Below are positions 12,786 to 25,523 of a stretch of DNA of 64,000 bases, in pieces. The first letter of the stretch is position 1, and each line of letters begins with the position of its first letter. Under the pieces are notes generated by a model that made no database searches, was not told the origin of the DNA, and saw only the letters and a program-made list of their open reading frames with translations. Source of the DNA: Octopus vulgaris (taxonomy: Eukaryota); assembly GCA_951406725.2 (NCBI GenBank), contig OX597818.1:121396001-121460000 (forward strand), given 5' to 3'. A program made the position numbers and the translations under genes.

Positions 12786-13080
12786 TAAGTTTTATATATT
12801 TATATATATGCAGAGAAAGAGAGAGGGAGAGAGAGAGAGAGAGAGAATGCTAAGAGCAAGCTCTAATATCAACTCCTAACAGTTATATCTATATATATAT
12901 ATATATATATGTAAGGTCCTGGAAGGTAGAGAGATGGGCTGTTTCCAATGCAGCCTCGAACCGGGGATTCAGGCTATTTACACTGACTAATATTGAAATT
13001 TTACAGGTTTAGAAAATTCTGGTATCACGACAGTAAAACCGTTGTGTGAGTTTAGTGGAGAATAAAATATAATACAAACT

Positions 13081-14074
13081 AGAAGACAATGAAAGACTTT
13101 ATCACATCTTTAATGATCGGTTACAATTTTTCCTGTACCAACTCTGCTTTCAACGCCAGTTCATGCAAAAGTTCCAAGTAAAAAGATGGCGTAATATTTG
13201 CGATTTTAAATATTGGAGTGGCACTTCTTCAGACCTGCATCAAAGGTGCGCTCTTGCATTGTGTGTTTGCCAGACCTTGTGTTTTGCTTACGTCGGGAGG
13301 AAGTAAAATGTAACTAAAGATGAAAATGTAAATAGGAAATGAAAAGATGAACAGGTAAAGAAAAGAGCCAATCAATACCTATTCCTTTACTACCCACAAG
13401 GAGCTAAACACAGAGTGGACAAACAAGGACAGACAAACGGATTAAGTCGATTCAATCGACCCCAGTGCGTAACTGGTACTTATTTAATTGACTCCGAAAG
13501 GATGAAAGGCAAAGTCGACCTCGGCAGAATTTGAACTCTGAACGTAAAGACAGACAAAATACCTATTTCTTTACTACCCACAAGGGGCTAAACACAGAGA
13601 GGACAAACAAGGACAGACAAACGGATTAAGTCGATTATATCGACCCCAGTGCGTAACTGGTACTTAATTTATCGACCCCGAAAGGATGAAAGGCAAAGTC
13701 GACCTCGGCGGAATTTGAACTCAGAACGTAACGTGAGACGAAATACGGGTACGCATTTCGCCCGGCGTGCTTACGTTTCTGCCACCTCACCGCCTTAGAT
13801 CCAATCAATACCATTGCCCTGTACATCTTTTCACAGTTTATTTACATTTTTATCTTTATTCACTTTTTGTTTCCTCCTGATATATCAAAACCACAAAGTC
13901 TGGCAGGCACACAGTGTAAGGGTGCACCTTTGACGCAGGTCTGAAGAAGTGCCTTTCCAATGTTTAAAGCCGCAAATATTACGTAATCTTTTTACTTGGA
14001 ACGTTTACGTGAATTGGTACAGAAGCAAATGCAACCGATCGCTAAAGATGTGTTAAAGTTTTTCTTGACCTTCT
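13081..14074. repeat. Old inverted repeat (arms about 13081-13355 and 13818-14074) with a SINE-A dimer in the loop
   Basis: For example GGCACTTCTTCAGACCTGCATCAAAGGTGC versus GCACCTTTGACGCAGGTCTGAAGAAGTGCC. Confidence 0.85.
13380..13796 (-). mobile_element. SINE-A dimer
   Basis: Junction at 13563/13564. TSD AGA(G/T)CCAATCAATACC at 13364-13379 and 13797-13812. Confidence 0.92.
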
Positions 14075-14174
14075 TATTTGGATTTTATACACACACACAC
14101 ACACACACACACACGCATACACAGGCACACACACACTCACACACACACAGATATATCTATATACACACATAGAT

Positions 14175-14332
14175 ACTCTTTTACTTGTTTCAGTCATTTG
14201 ATTGTGGCCATGCTGAAGCACTATTCTATCGGTCTCTTTTGTCGAACCGCTAAGTTACGGGGACGCAAAAACACACCAGCATCGGTTGTCAAGCAAGGTT
14301 GGGGGGACAAACACACACACATACATACATAC

Positions 14333-14417
<85 letters not shown>

Positions 14418-14592
14418 TAATATACGACGGGTTTCTTTCAGTTTCCGTCTACCAAATCCACTCACAAGGTTTTGGTTGGCCCGAGGCTATAGTAGAAGAC
14501 ACTGGCCCAAGGTGCCACGCAGTGGGACTGAAGCCAGAACCATGTGGTTTGTAAACAAGCTACTTACCACACACCCACTCCTACGGCTACGC
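14175..14592 (-). mobile_element. SINE-B with internal deletion
   Basis: Reverse-complement match. Confidence 0.88.
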
Positions 14593-14624
14593 CTACATAT
14601 TAATAATATTCATATATTGGTTTC

Positions 14625-14800
14625 AAATTTTGGTTAAATGCCAGTAATTCCGGGGGTGGGGGTGGGGAAGTCGATTACTTTGAGCCCAGTACTCAACTGG
14701 TACTTATTTTATCGATCTCGAAAGGATGAAAGGCAAAGTTGAACTTGGCAGGATTTGAAATCAGAACATAAGAGTTAAAATGAAAAAAAGTGCGAAGGAT
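14625..14800 (-). mobile_element. SINE-A tail-2 type, diverged
   Basis: Core GAAAGGATGAAAGGCAAAGT present. Confidence 0.7.
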
Positions 14801-14922
14801 TCTATCCGACACACTAACAACGTTTAATTCACTTCATACATGTAAGTATGTGTGCGTGCATATATTTGTGTATCTACACACATACACGCACGTATGTATG
14901 CACATAGTACATGTGTGCGTGC

Positions 14923-14967
<45 letters not shown>

Positions 14968-15039
14968 GACATTTAGGGATCAGTTTATGTTGGATATATT
15001 GAGAGAGTCGTTCGATTCGTGAAAAGTGTTTTAACAAGT

Positions 15040-15970
15040 TAAAACATTAAGTGGCTGGAATGCTTTTATTTTTCTCCGATGAGATCAAGACCCAAAAATA
15101 AACTGGAGGAACGACAGATGGTTATGCAGAGACCCAAATGAGGTACCTGTCATACTAAGTTCCCTGCAACTGTGATGGTTCTGGGAAAAATCAGGAACGG
15201 ATGAGATACCATGCCTCCTCAATGTTTTCATAGGGCTTTAAGAGTCAATGCTGCTGTCTACAAAGAGGTGTTGGACAAAGTTATGGGGCCCTGGATAGGA
15301 GAGGGTACACTACGGCAAATCTTACGTCTTCTAAGATTAGGACATTCCATTCAATGAGCTGCCACAAATAATTGATTTGTTAGAACTTGAGCCATATATG
15401 AGATGTTAAAAGAAAAATTAATTACCTGTTTTGTTTTTTTTTAAAAAAAGGGGGAAAAAATGAAAGGAAAAAGTTTTTGAAACAACGATAATTAAGAAAA
15501 AAACAAAAGATAGTGACTGTATGTACAAACGATCAAATGGTACTGCATGAGGTGTGGGGCCCATGCAGCCATTCATTTTCATTATTATATAATATTCATA
15601 CTCATTCGTTTGTGTTTTTTGTCCCCACTGTGGTGTTGTGTCTGTCCTTGTAGTGTCCCCACTGTGGAGTTGTGTCTGTCCTCGTAGTACCCCCTCTGTT
15701 TTAGTGGCCTGAGTGCCAAAATAAAGAAAATTTCCATGACCATGTACTCCCAGTCGCATGGCCTTCTACTGCACCAGACCTCAATCCACTGGACTACTGC
15801 GTATGGAGCGTAGTCGAGAGAGAGGTCAATCAAAGCACCCATAACATCATAAATCTCTCAAGTCTGCCATAACTAGCACTGTGTCCAAAATTGATAAAGT
15901 TCATCTGATTCGGGCATGTCAGCGCTTCCGATCCAGTATCCAGTATTGATGCTAATAGTGGATTCATTAA
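15040..15970 (+). mobile_element. Tc1/mariner transposase relic (DD37D/maT-like), interrupted by an insert at about 15420-15720
   Basis: Frameshifted FFSDE...NDRWLC...TKFPATVMVLG...LRVNAAVYKEVLDKV..PWI and WPSTAPDLNPLDYCVWSVVEREVN...IRACQRFRS. Confidence 0.8.
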
Positions 15971-16039
15971 ATATGTGTGATAAAAAGATACTCAAGATTA
16001 TTTGTACGAATTTGTTACATATATATTTGTATATAGTAG

Positions 16040-16361
16040 AGGAGCACTCCGTCGGTTACGACGACGAGGGTCCCAATTGATACGATCAACGGAACGGCCT
16101 GCTCGTGAAATTAACCTGCAAGTTGTCGAGCATTCCACAGACACGTGTACCCTTAACGCAGCCCTCAGGGACATTCAGCGTGACGCAGAGTGTGACAAGG
16201 TTGGTCCTTTGAATTATAAGTACTACTCATTTTTGCCAGCTGAGCGGACTGGAGCAACGTGAAAATAAAGTGTCTTGCTCAAGAACAAAATGCGCCACCG
16301 GGAATTGAACTCACAGTCTTACATTTGTGAACCCAATATCCCAACCACTAAGCCATGTGCC

Positions 16362-16362
<1 letters not shown>
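16040..16362 (-). mobile_element. SINE-D, full length
   Basis: Minus head GGCACATGGCTTAGTGGTT...GAGTTCAATTCCC, TTGAGCAAGACACTT core, tail ...GTCGTCGTAACCGACGGAGTG. Confidence 0.88.
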
Positions 16363-16420
<58 letters not shown>

Positions 16421-16436
16421 TCTTTTTTTTTCCTTT

Positions 16437-16838
16437 TCTTTTACTTGTTTCAGTCATTTGACTGCGGCCATGCTGGAGCACCGCCTTTAGTCGAGCAAAT
16501 CGACCGCGGGACTTATTATTTGTAAGCCCAGTACTTATTCTATCGGTCTCTTTTTGCCGAACCGCTAAGTGACGGTATATATATATATATATATATCACG
16601 TAGAGGTTCACTTCAATGCTGCTTGGTAAGAGAACTCACAAAAGTTTGTATGAGATCCATATATATATATATATATATACGACGGGCTTCTTTCAGTTTC
16701 CGTCTACCAAATCCACTCACAAGGCTTTGGTCGGCCCGAGGCTATAGTAGAAGACACTTGCGCAATGTGCCACGCAGTGAGACTGAACCCGGAACCATGT
16801 GGTTGGTAAGCAAGCTACTTACCACACAGCCACTCCTC
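16437..16838 (-). mobile_element. SINE-B whose central segment is replaced by a 64-bp foreign insert (16597-16660)
   Basis: Flanks match SINE-B. The insert matches 18037-18100. Confidence 0.88.
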
Positions 16839-17338
16839 AGACATGTGTCATTAAATAATTTTATAGTATCTTTACGAAATATGTTTAATTCATGACTACT
16901 ACTTATGTCATGTGAGACTTAGGTAGCCGTCTCTCTAATGATCTCTTAGCAAGGTGCTCTTTATCCTCTTTCATCCTTTACTTGCTTCAGTCAATGAACT
17001 GCGGCTATGCTGGAGCACCATTATAAGTTCGTTTTTTTGTTGGCTCAGTTTGTGTCTGTCTGTGTGCGTGCGCGCATGTATGTGAGTGCGTGTGTGCATG
17101 TGAGTGCGTGTGTGTGTGTGTGTACATGCCTGTGTATGTGTGTGCGTTTCTCAATGATATTGCTGGTTCAATGCTATGCAAAAACTGTTGTTGCTGTAGT
17201 CGCTTGGATGTTTGGAGTCTTCTCTGATCAAGTAGACCTAGGGTCAAAGTTGATTCAGCTACGCCCGCTCGTTTTCTTTTTTCTATCAGTAATTATACGT
17301 CTCAGTGCATCCTTCCTCTTTTAAGACAATAGCATATA

Positions 17339-17571
17339 TATTTCTTTACTACCAACAAGGGGCTAAACACAGAGGGGACAAACAAGGACAGACAAACGGA
17401 TTAAGTCGATTACATCGACCCCAGTGCGTAACTGGTACTTAATTTATCGACCCCGAAAGGATGAAAGGCAAGGTCGACCTCGGCCTAATTTGAACTCAGA
17501 ACTTAACGGTAGACGAAATACGGCTACGCATTTCGCCCGACGTGCTAACGTTTCTGCCAGCTCGCCGCCTT
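17339..17571 (-). mobile_element. SINE-A monomer
   Basis: TSD TTAAGACAATAGC(A/G)TATA at 17321-17338 and 17573-17590. Confidence 0.93.
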
Positions 17572-17599
17572 CTTAAGACAATAGCGTATAATTCAATGA

Positions 17600-17992
17600 G
17601 TGGAGGCGCAATGGCCCAGTGGTTAGGGCAGCGGACTAGGGCAGCCGTCGTAGGATCGCGGTTTCGATTCCCAGACCGGGCGTTGTGAGTGTTTATTGAG
17701 CGAAAACACCTAAAGCTCCACGAGGCTCCGGCAGGGATGGTGGTGATCCCTGCTGTACTCTTTCACCACAACTTTCTCTCACTCTTACTTCCTGTTTCTG
17801 TTGTACCTGTATTTCAAAAGGCCGGCCTTGTCACTCTCTGTGTCACGCTGAATATCCCCGAGAACTACGTTAAGGGTACACGTGTCTGTGGAGTGCTCAG
17901 CCACTTACACGTTAATTTCACGAGCAGGCTGTTCCGTTGATCGGATCAACCGGAACCCTCATCGTCGTAACCGACGGAGTGCTTCCATCATC
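17600..17992 (+). mobile_element. SINE-C head with SINE-D-type tail
   Basis: TSD AATTCAATGA at 17590-17599 and 17993-18002. Confidence 0.9.
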
Positions 17993-19800
17993 AATTCAAT
18001 GAAGATTTAACTGCTGTTTCTAGCATTTTAAGCTACCACGTAGAGGTTCACTTCAATGCTGGTAGGTAAGAGAACTCACAAAAATTTGTATGGGATCCAT
18101 TTAGCAAGGTTGTCGACTTGAAATCTGTAGCTGAGACAATTTGGGCGTTTTCAAGTTGTGTTTTGCACAAAGACCTCTTTTCATTCTCTAGTTTCAATCT
18201 TTTGGGTAAATTTCGTTCGGTGACGACGAGCACCTGCCAGTAAGTGACGATGGAAAATCTCCTACAGATGTTGTACGCTGTGCCTTTTGCTGTACAAGCA
18301 AGCTGTAGCACAACCTTTTGTAAACCTCTTCAGGTGTTGCAAATCAGACACAAATAAAAGTTACGAACATAAAATATAAATAAGAGAGAGAGAGAGAGAG
18401 AGAGACGGTAACAAAACGAAAAGTAACATTCACACAGACACTAATACAAAACTATCTGTATATGCACATGTTTATTGGAGTGAAGAGAAAAGAGTAACAT
18501 GTTTTCGAGAAAAGAAAATAAGAAAAAATGACAACAAAAAATAACACTACAAACAATCACTTTTTCATATGCTGCAGTGCAGTCGAAATCCTTAGAAATT
18601 CGAATAAAAAGCTGAGTGACTATAAAATAAGCAGTTATTCAATTGAACGAGAACTATTCAGAATCTGCAGAGCAGATAAGTTTATTTTTATTGCAGTATT
18701 ATTTGCTTTATTCAATCAATTTTCTAATACTTTTCATTTGGTTTTTACTCCATGCTCATTGCGAACCCATATCAATCCTGTTTGGTCTCAGATTTGCTAT
18801 TTCTGTTTATTCGTCTTCATTGTTATTATTATTTTTTTTTTACTTCAGTATATGGAACATTGTGTATTTTTCTTTTCACTCTTTTAAAACTTTGTTAAAT
18901 AGTAAATATGTAGCACCCTTGGCAGTGGCTTGTAATCATAATAGGAATCTCTGTTGTTCTACTTCATTGTGTGGTAACGAAAGTACATCAAGTGTTGAAG
19001 TGTCGATAAAGTAACAACTTCAGAACATGGTGTAACAGTTATTTTTCACAAGAATTAGATACCACAGGGGCTAAAATAGCGCCCAACTAACAAACTTTAA
19101 CATTATTTTCAATGATTGCAAACAAGCAAGTTTGTCGCTGTTAAATAAAACAAAACGAAGTAAAAGGATAGGCATTTTTGCAATTATATTGTGTTTACTC
19201 TGCAAAACTTTAAAAATTGATCGGGAAACAGTTGCTATTTTAAAGTTTTCGTGTATTGTACTAAGACAGAAATATTTACAAGAGATACCTTCTGTGTCCA
19301 ACAACATCGCAGTTCATGTTTCTATTAAAACATTAGTCTTGTAATTCTCATCGATTCTTTCGAGAATTTTATGCTTGTAAAAAGGCTACGAACTAGTGTA
19401 GATTTAAAGTTGCGAATTATTGTTTACAAACTGAAATTTTATATATATATTGATTAGTCCCAAAGTAGGTTTTGCTTAGAATTGATTCTTGATTGTAATC
19501 TCATGGTTTTATAGATGATGTTCAGTTTGGTTTTTCAGAGTCAATAATTAAAATATATGATTATGACTATCGACCATGGTTCATCGTTCATCTCCCATTT
19601 CCGACTGGTGTGTTGTAATCAGCAAATCTCTACGCCGTCTAAATGCACCCGATCACATTCAAGCTAACAGAGCAAGCAACGGAGAGTAGGAGAGAAGCTG
19701 TTATCACGTAAAATTTGCGATGTAGTTTCGACTGCCAGTGAAAACAATTTCATTTATACTACTTGAGTTCTTGGAAAAGAGAGGAATGCTACATACTACC

Positions 19801-20401
19801 TATTTCTTTACTACCCGCAATGAGCTAAACACAGAGAGGACAAACAAGGACAGACAAAAGGATTAAGTCGATTACATCGATCTCAGTGCGTAACTGGTAC
19901 TTATTTAATCGACCCCGAAAGGATGAAAGGCAAAGTCGACCTCGGCGGAATTTGAACTCAGAACTTAGTGGCAGACAAAATACCTATTTCTTTACTACCC
20001 ACAAGGGGCTAAACACAGAGAGGACAAACAAGGAGAGACAAACGGATTAAGTCGATTACATCGACCTCAGGGTGTAACTGGTACTTGTTTAATCGACCCC
20101 GAAAGGATGAAAGGCAAAGTCGACCTCGGCGGAGTTTGAACTCAGAACGTAGCGGCAAACAAAATACCTATTTCTTTACTACCCTCAAGGGGCTAAACAC
20201 AGAGAGGACAAACAAGGACAAACAAACGGATTAAGTCGATTACATCGACCTCAGGGTGTAACTGGTACTTGTTTAATCGACCCCGAAAGGATGAAAGGCA
20301 AAGTCGACCTCGGCGGAATTTGAACTCAGAACGTAACGGCAGGCAAAATACCGCTAAGCATTTCGACCTGTGTGCTAACGTTTTTGCCAGCTCGCCGCCT
20401 T
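19801..20401 (-). mobile_element. SINE-A trimer (one headed unit plus two head-less 184-bp units)
   Basis: Junctions at 19984/19985 and 20168/20169. Perfect 15-bp TSD ATGCTACATACTACC at 19786-19800 and 20404-20418. Confidence 0.95.
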
Positions 20402-20809
20402 ATATGCTACATACTACCACTAGAATGACAGCACAGAATTTGAGGAAAAAAAGTATATTTTATAAATGTTTGCTATCTTACAATAACTATATCAGCTAAG
20501 CAAGTGACCTCTAAATACTTTCTAAATGCATTAAAAACTATAACACTATTTCAGAATATTACCTTCGCTTTCTTTAAGCATGCAAAAGACAAATTAATGT
20601 GGGGTAGAATGAATAAGGCAACGTAAGATAAATTTCCTCTTCAATTCTACAGAATTACATTTGAATAAAGACTCATACACATCAATATCTAACCTTACTC
20701 AGAAAGATCGGAAATGCAACAAAAATTTTGAATATCTAGGTCAAATGAAAAATGGCTCATTATCTGAAATTAACGAGACTCGACTAAATCTACAAACACA
20801 GCATACCAT

Positions 20810-21152
20810 AAATTAATTTAATTTTAATTTTAATTTAATTTTTTTGGCTCAAAAAGCAAAAGCAAGGCCATGTAGGGGGACAGGGAGGGTGGTCATACAA
20901 AAACTTCGGGCCATTTCTGGTCAAGAGAGACTTTGAACCGAGCGGTCGTCGGCATCTTCACTATCTCGTCCGGTAGCTTATTCCACGGATCCGCAACCAG
21001 GACGGAGAAAGCCCCTCTCCTTCGTAGATAGAGCTTTTCAGAGTGACCCCGCAGCCCACGCTCTGGAGCAGGAGTGAAGAACAGCTCTTTCGAGAGATTG
21101 CACTTTCCGCTTATGATATTGTGAGCGAGAATGAGATCACCACGGTGTCGTC
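20810..21152 (-). mobile_element. CR1-clade LINE 3' end with (AAATT)n tail
   Basis: Minus strand reads RHRGDLILAHNIISG...LRGHSEKL...AFSVLVADPWNKLPDEIV...FKVSLD. Confidence 0.85.
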
Positions 21153-21350
21153 AATATACTCAATATACTCAATAGCTTCTTCGCGATCTGTTGGAATGTT
21201 CCCTGGTAATGCACACTATGCCGTTAAAAAGAAGAAATTGTTGAAGTCAGTCATTATTCATTTTGCCCCACTTTAAACATCTTTATTTATTTATTATTTT
21301 TTTTTTTTTGAAAATTGAAAATGATCAAATTAGACATTAGTGTAGGAAAA

Positions 21351-21731
21351 GTGGAGACGCAATGGCCCAGTGGTTAGGGCAGCGGATTCGCGGTCGTAGG
21401 ATCGCGGTTTCGATTCCCAGACCGGGCGTTGTGAGTGTTTATTGAGCGAAAACACCTAAAAAAGCTCCACGAGGCTCCGGCAGGGGATGGTGGTGATCCC
21501 TGCTGTACTCTTTCACCACAACTTTCTCTTACTTCCTGTTTCTGTTGTACCTGTATTTCAAGGGGCCGGCCTTGTCACTCTCTGTGTTACGCTGAATATC
21601 CCCGAGAACTACGTTAAGGGTGCACGTGTCTGTGGAGTGCTCAGCCACTTACATGTTAATTTCACGAGCAGGCTGTTCCGTTGATTCGGATCAACCGGAA
21701 CCCTCATCGTCGTAACCGACGGAGTGCTTCC
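21351..21731 (+). mobile_element. SINE-C head with SINE-D-type tail
   Basis: TSD AGTGTAGGAAAA at 21339-21350 and 21732-21743. Confidence 0.92.
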
Positions 21732-21854
21732 AGTGTAGGAAAAAATTAACTTGGAATCCAACATAAAATAATTCTGATTGTTAAACAATAAAACTTGTCC
21801 CACGCGCTAACGATACTGCCAACACAGCACCTTGATTTAGAGTTAAATATCTCT

Positions 21855-22660
21855 AATTTTGGCACAAGACCTGAAATTTTGGAGAAGTGGTCTATTTTAT
21901 TAAATCGCTTCCACTCCAGTGCTCAACTGGTACTTATTTTATCGATCCTGTACGGGTGAAAGACAGATGCGACGTCGCCGGAGTTTGAACTCAGAATATG
22001 AAACCGGAAGAAACGCAATCAATTTTGTCCAGCGTGCTAATGATTTTGTCAGCTTGCCGCCTTTAAAAATTTGTCAGTGGGAAGTATGATTTCAAATTGT
22101 GGCACAAGGCCAGCAGTTTCATGGGCAGAAGTAAATCGTTTTCATCGACCCCAGTAGTCAACCGGTACTTTATCGACCCCAAGGGACGAAAGCCAAGGTT
22201 GCGTAATTTGAACTCAGACGAAATGTCGCTAAGCATTTTGCCCGGTGCGGTAACGATTCTTTTCTACTTTAGGCACAATTTTGAGGGAGGAGCCAGTCGA
22301 TTAGATCGACTCCAGTACGCAACTGGTACTTAATTCATAGACCCCCAAAAGATGAAAGGCAAAGTCGAACTCGGTGAAATTTGAACTCACAACGTAAAGA
22401 CAGACGAAATATGGCTAAGCATTTCGCCTGGCGTGTCAACGTTTCTGCCAACTCGCCGCCTTTTGTCTGCGGAAATATTTTTTTATAATTTCGACAGTAA
22501 CTTTGAAGGGGAAGGGCATGACGATTATATCAGTACTTGATTAGTTTCTTTATTTATATCGATCCAAAATATTAAAAGGTAAAACTGACATCGGCGGGAT
22601 TTGAAATCAGAACCGGAAGAAATGTCACTAAGCATTTTAGCCGATGCGCTAACGGTTCCG
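21855..22660 (-). mobile_element. Cluster of about four diverged SINE-A tail-2 copies
   Basis: Repeated TTTGAACTCA...GAAAT...CTAAGCATTT segments. Confidence 0.7.
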
Positions 22661-22689
22661 CCATTTCACTATCTTAGTTTCGTATTAAA

Positions 22690-23210
22690 TCTATTATATA
22701 AAATCCGATCTGTCTGTCTGTATGTGAGTCTTCTAGGATCTCGGGCATCCTCCATCCGATTGCTCTCGAATTTGATATGTAGATACCGACGGTATCAAGG
22801 CGTGTATAAGTCTTGAAAAAATTACAAAAATCGATTCCAGGTGAGAATGCGATCGATAAAGCCGTGGGAACGTACATTTGTACGCGCAAGTACATCAGCT
22901 GTTTCGATCGATACTATGCGTACGCGAGAAAAATGCACGTGCAGTTTGCGCAAGAAAAGCCGGCTGGCTTTAAATAATGCTACAAAATGGGACGGTCGGA
23001 CAAGTTGTTTTGAGAAAATTTGGTTTAAATGTTTGATAACTCAGCACCGTCCATTGGACGGGGGGTGTTTTGCTCGTAATGTATAATGGTAAAATAAAGA
23101 TTTAATGTATGGACATCAAACCGCATGTTTATAGAAGAAAATGGGAATATGTGACGTTTGTGTTGGAATAGAATGCATTCACTCGATGAACACATACATT
23201 AAGCTCCTAG
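22690..23210 (+). mobile_element. Probable Helitron-like element (5' end clear, 3' end uncertain)
   Basis: A|TCTATTATATAAAATCCGATCTGTCTGTCTG start. CTAG|T near 23206-23210 lacks a clear hairpin. Confidence 0.4.
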
Positions 23211-23349
23211 TGTAGAGTTTCCACATTAATTATCCACCTACATCTCATGAAAAATAATCTTATGAAACAATTGTTATGTAATGCGTAAAGATTTCTAGAG
23301 GAATGGTGGTAATTTAAACAAAATAATCAAGAAAAATATGAAAAAGTTT

Positions 23350-23622
23350 TTAAAATATGTACTGCAATAGAAAAAATGAATTTTTTCTTCGTATTTTACC
23401 TCCCCTGTGTATCACATATGATACATAATTCCCTGGTGACTATCCATCATATATGGTACACATTCCCAGTTGTTTTCCGACCACCAGAGTAACTTGGGTC
23501 TTATGAAAGGAATGCTTTATATTACTCAGAACATATGAAAGAAGGAAAACTAAAAATCTGGAAACAAGCATAGACGTTTAGGACAAACTCACGAAAATGC
23601 TTTGGACAGGCAACGGGGTTAA
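23350..23622. mobile_element. piggyBac-like MITE right part
   Basis: End shared with 222-290, GGGG|TTAA. Confidence 0.4.
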
Positions 23623-23799
23623 TGACTTTCAAATATGTAAAGGTCTCATATCCAATGCAACATGGACGAAGTGTTTTAAGAAGTTCGTTTTGCAGTCACG
23701 TGGTCCATGTTGCGATCCAGCCACGCAGCGTCTGCAGCAAGTGTTCATATACTTTTACTTTTTATATTTTATCTTTTTATCTCTTTATCCCCCCCCCCC

Positions 23800-23970
23800 A
23801 GCTGGAGCATCGCCTTGCTGAATTTTTAGTCGAATAAATCGACCCTAATACTTCTTTTGGTTGTTTTTAAAACCATTCATTTACTCTATCGCCCATTTTT
23901 CCCGAACCTCTAACATACGGGGACGTAAACATACCAACACCGGTTGTCAAGCGGTGGTGGGGACATACAC
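23800..23970 (-). mobile_element. SINE-B 3' part, diverged
   Basis: GCTGGAGCATCGCC...GGGGACGTAAAC...GGTTGTCAAGCG. Confidence 0.7.
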
Positions 23971-24074
23971 AGATCTGTGTACACACACACGCACACATAC
24001 CTATGTATATAGCTATAGAGATATCTAAATAGACAGACAGACAGAGAGATACATACATACATGTGATAGCCTTC

Positions 24075-24262
24075 CTTGTGGATAGTAAAGAAATAGGTAT
24101 TTCGTCAGTCTTTATGTTCTGAGTTCAAATTCCGCTCAGGTCGACTTTGCCTTTCATCCTTTCGGGGTCGATAAATTAAGTACCAGTTTCGTACAGTGGT
24201 CGATCTAATCGACTAGCCTCCTCCCCTAAAATTTCGGGCCAAGTGCCTAGATTAGAAAAGAA
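24075..24262 (+). mobile_element. SINE-A: tail-1 remnant joined at AAATA|GGTATTTC to a tail-2 copy
   Basis: Direct reading of the junction at 24095/24096. Confidence 0.85.
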
Positions 24263-24322
24263 TATATCTCTCCCTTTAAATACAAAACTTAAAAAGAAAC
24301 CTGCTAATTCATGTTATATTCT

Positions 24323-24881
24323 TATTTCATTATTGCCCACAAGGGGCTAAACATGGAGGAGACATCGACCCCAGTGCGTAACTTAATTTATCAACCCCGA
24401 AAGGATGAAAGGCAAAGTCGAACTCGGCGGAATTTGGACTTAGAACGTAGCGGCAGACGAAATACCGCTAAGCATTTCGCCCGGCATGCTAACGTCTCTT
24501 ATTTCTTTATTGCCCACAAGGGTCGAAAAATAGAGGGGAATTAAGCATGCGTATCTACTGGTACTTAATTTATCGACCCCGAAAGGATGAAAGGCAAAGT
24601 CGACCTCGGCGGAATTTGAACTCAGAACGTAGTAGCTGACGAAATACCTATTTCTTTATTACCCACAAGGGGCTAAACACAGAGGGGACAAACAAGGACA
24701 GACATAGGTATTAAGTCGATTACATCGACCCCAGTGCGTAACTGGTACTTAATTTATCGACCCCGAAAGGATGAAAGGCAAAGTCCACCTCGGCGGAATT
24801 TGAACTCACAACGTAACGACAGACGAAATACGGCTACGCATTTCGCCCGGCGTGCTAACGATTCTGCCAGTTCGCCGCCTT
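24323..24881 (-). mobile_element. SINE-A composite trimer with both junction types
   Basis: GGTA junction at 24648/24649, AGAA-site junction at 24499/24500. Degenerate 17-bp TSD at 24306-24322 and 24886-24902. Confidence 0.88.
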
Positions 24882-24932
24882 GAGAAATCCGTGTCATATT
24901 CTGTAAAACGCATGCATTATTTTAACTTTATT

Positions 24933-25409
24933 ACAGGTAGACATATTCCTTTACCTCCTCTATTTCCTTACTGCCGATCACCTTTCGACCTGTTGGTACG
25001 TTGTCTGACCACATGAACTTCGTTTTCATACGGTTCATCTTGAGACGTACTGCAGAGTTTTTGATGTCGAGCTCCGTCAGCATGGTCTGAATCTGATCAG
25101 TAGCGAGGTCATCAGAGAGAAGTCCGGCGTGAGGGATGTCATCGTAGAATATACACGCAGCAAGTTTAGATGGGCTGGAGATGTCGCCCGGCTCACCGAT
25201 AATCGGTGGATCCGCGAAGTTGTCGAGTGGTACCCGCGTCAGTGGAATCGACCACTCGGAAGGCGTCCACGACGGTGGAGTTACGATTACAGGTGGGCAA
25301 TTGGGATCACGTGGATGAAAAAGGCGCGATCCAGAGATGAGTGGATAGCGTGCGGTGACCAGCGGTGTCAAATAGACGCCCGGCGGACTGGTCGGTCAAG
25401 GTGATCAAG

Positions 25410-25413
<4 letters not shown>
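24933..25413. mobile_element. RTE-clade LINE 3' insertion with 5' inversion
   Basis: 24933-25115 minus: DD...LKMNRMKTKFM...IEEVKEYVYL (RT). 25111-25404 plus: RWAGDVARLTDNRW..VVEWYPR...GRRPRRW. Tail (TCAAGGTGA)2. Confidence 0.85.
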
Positions 25414-25449
<36 letters not shown>

Positions 25450-25523
25450 AACATAACACACACACACGTACACACACACACACACATACACACAAACACA
25501 TATATTATATATATGACGAGTTT

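Noticed and set aside
18048-18311. 87-aa minus ORF, and a short plus-frame peptide DDEHLPVSDDGK, as host exons
   Set aside because: No recognisable domain and no consistent splice sites or frame.
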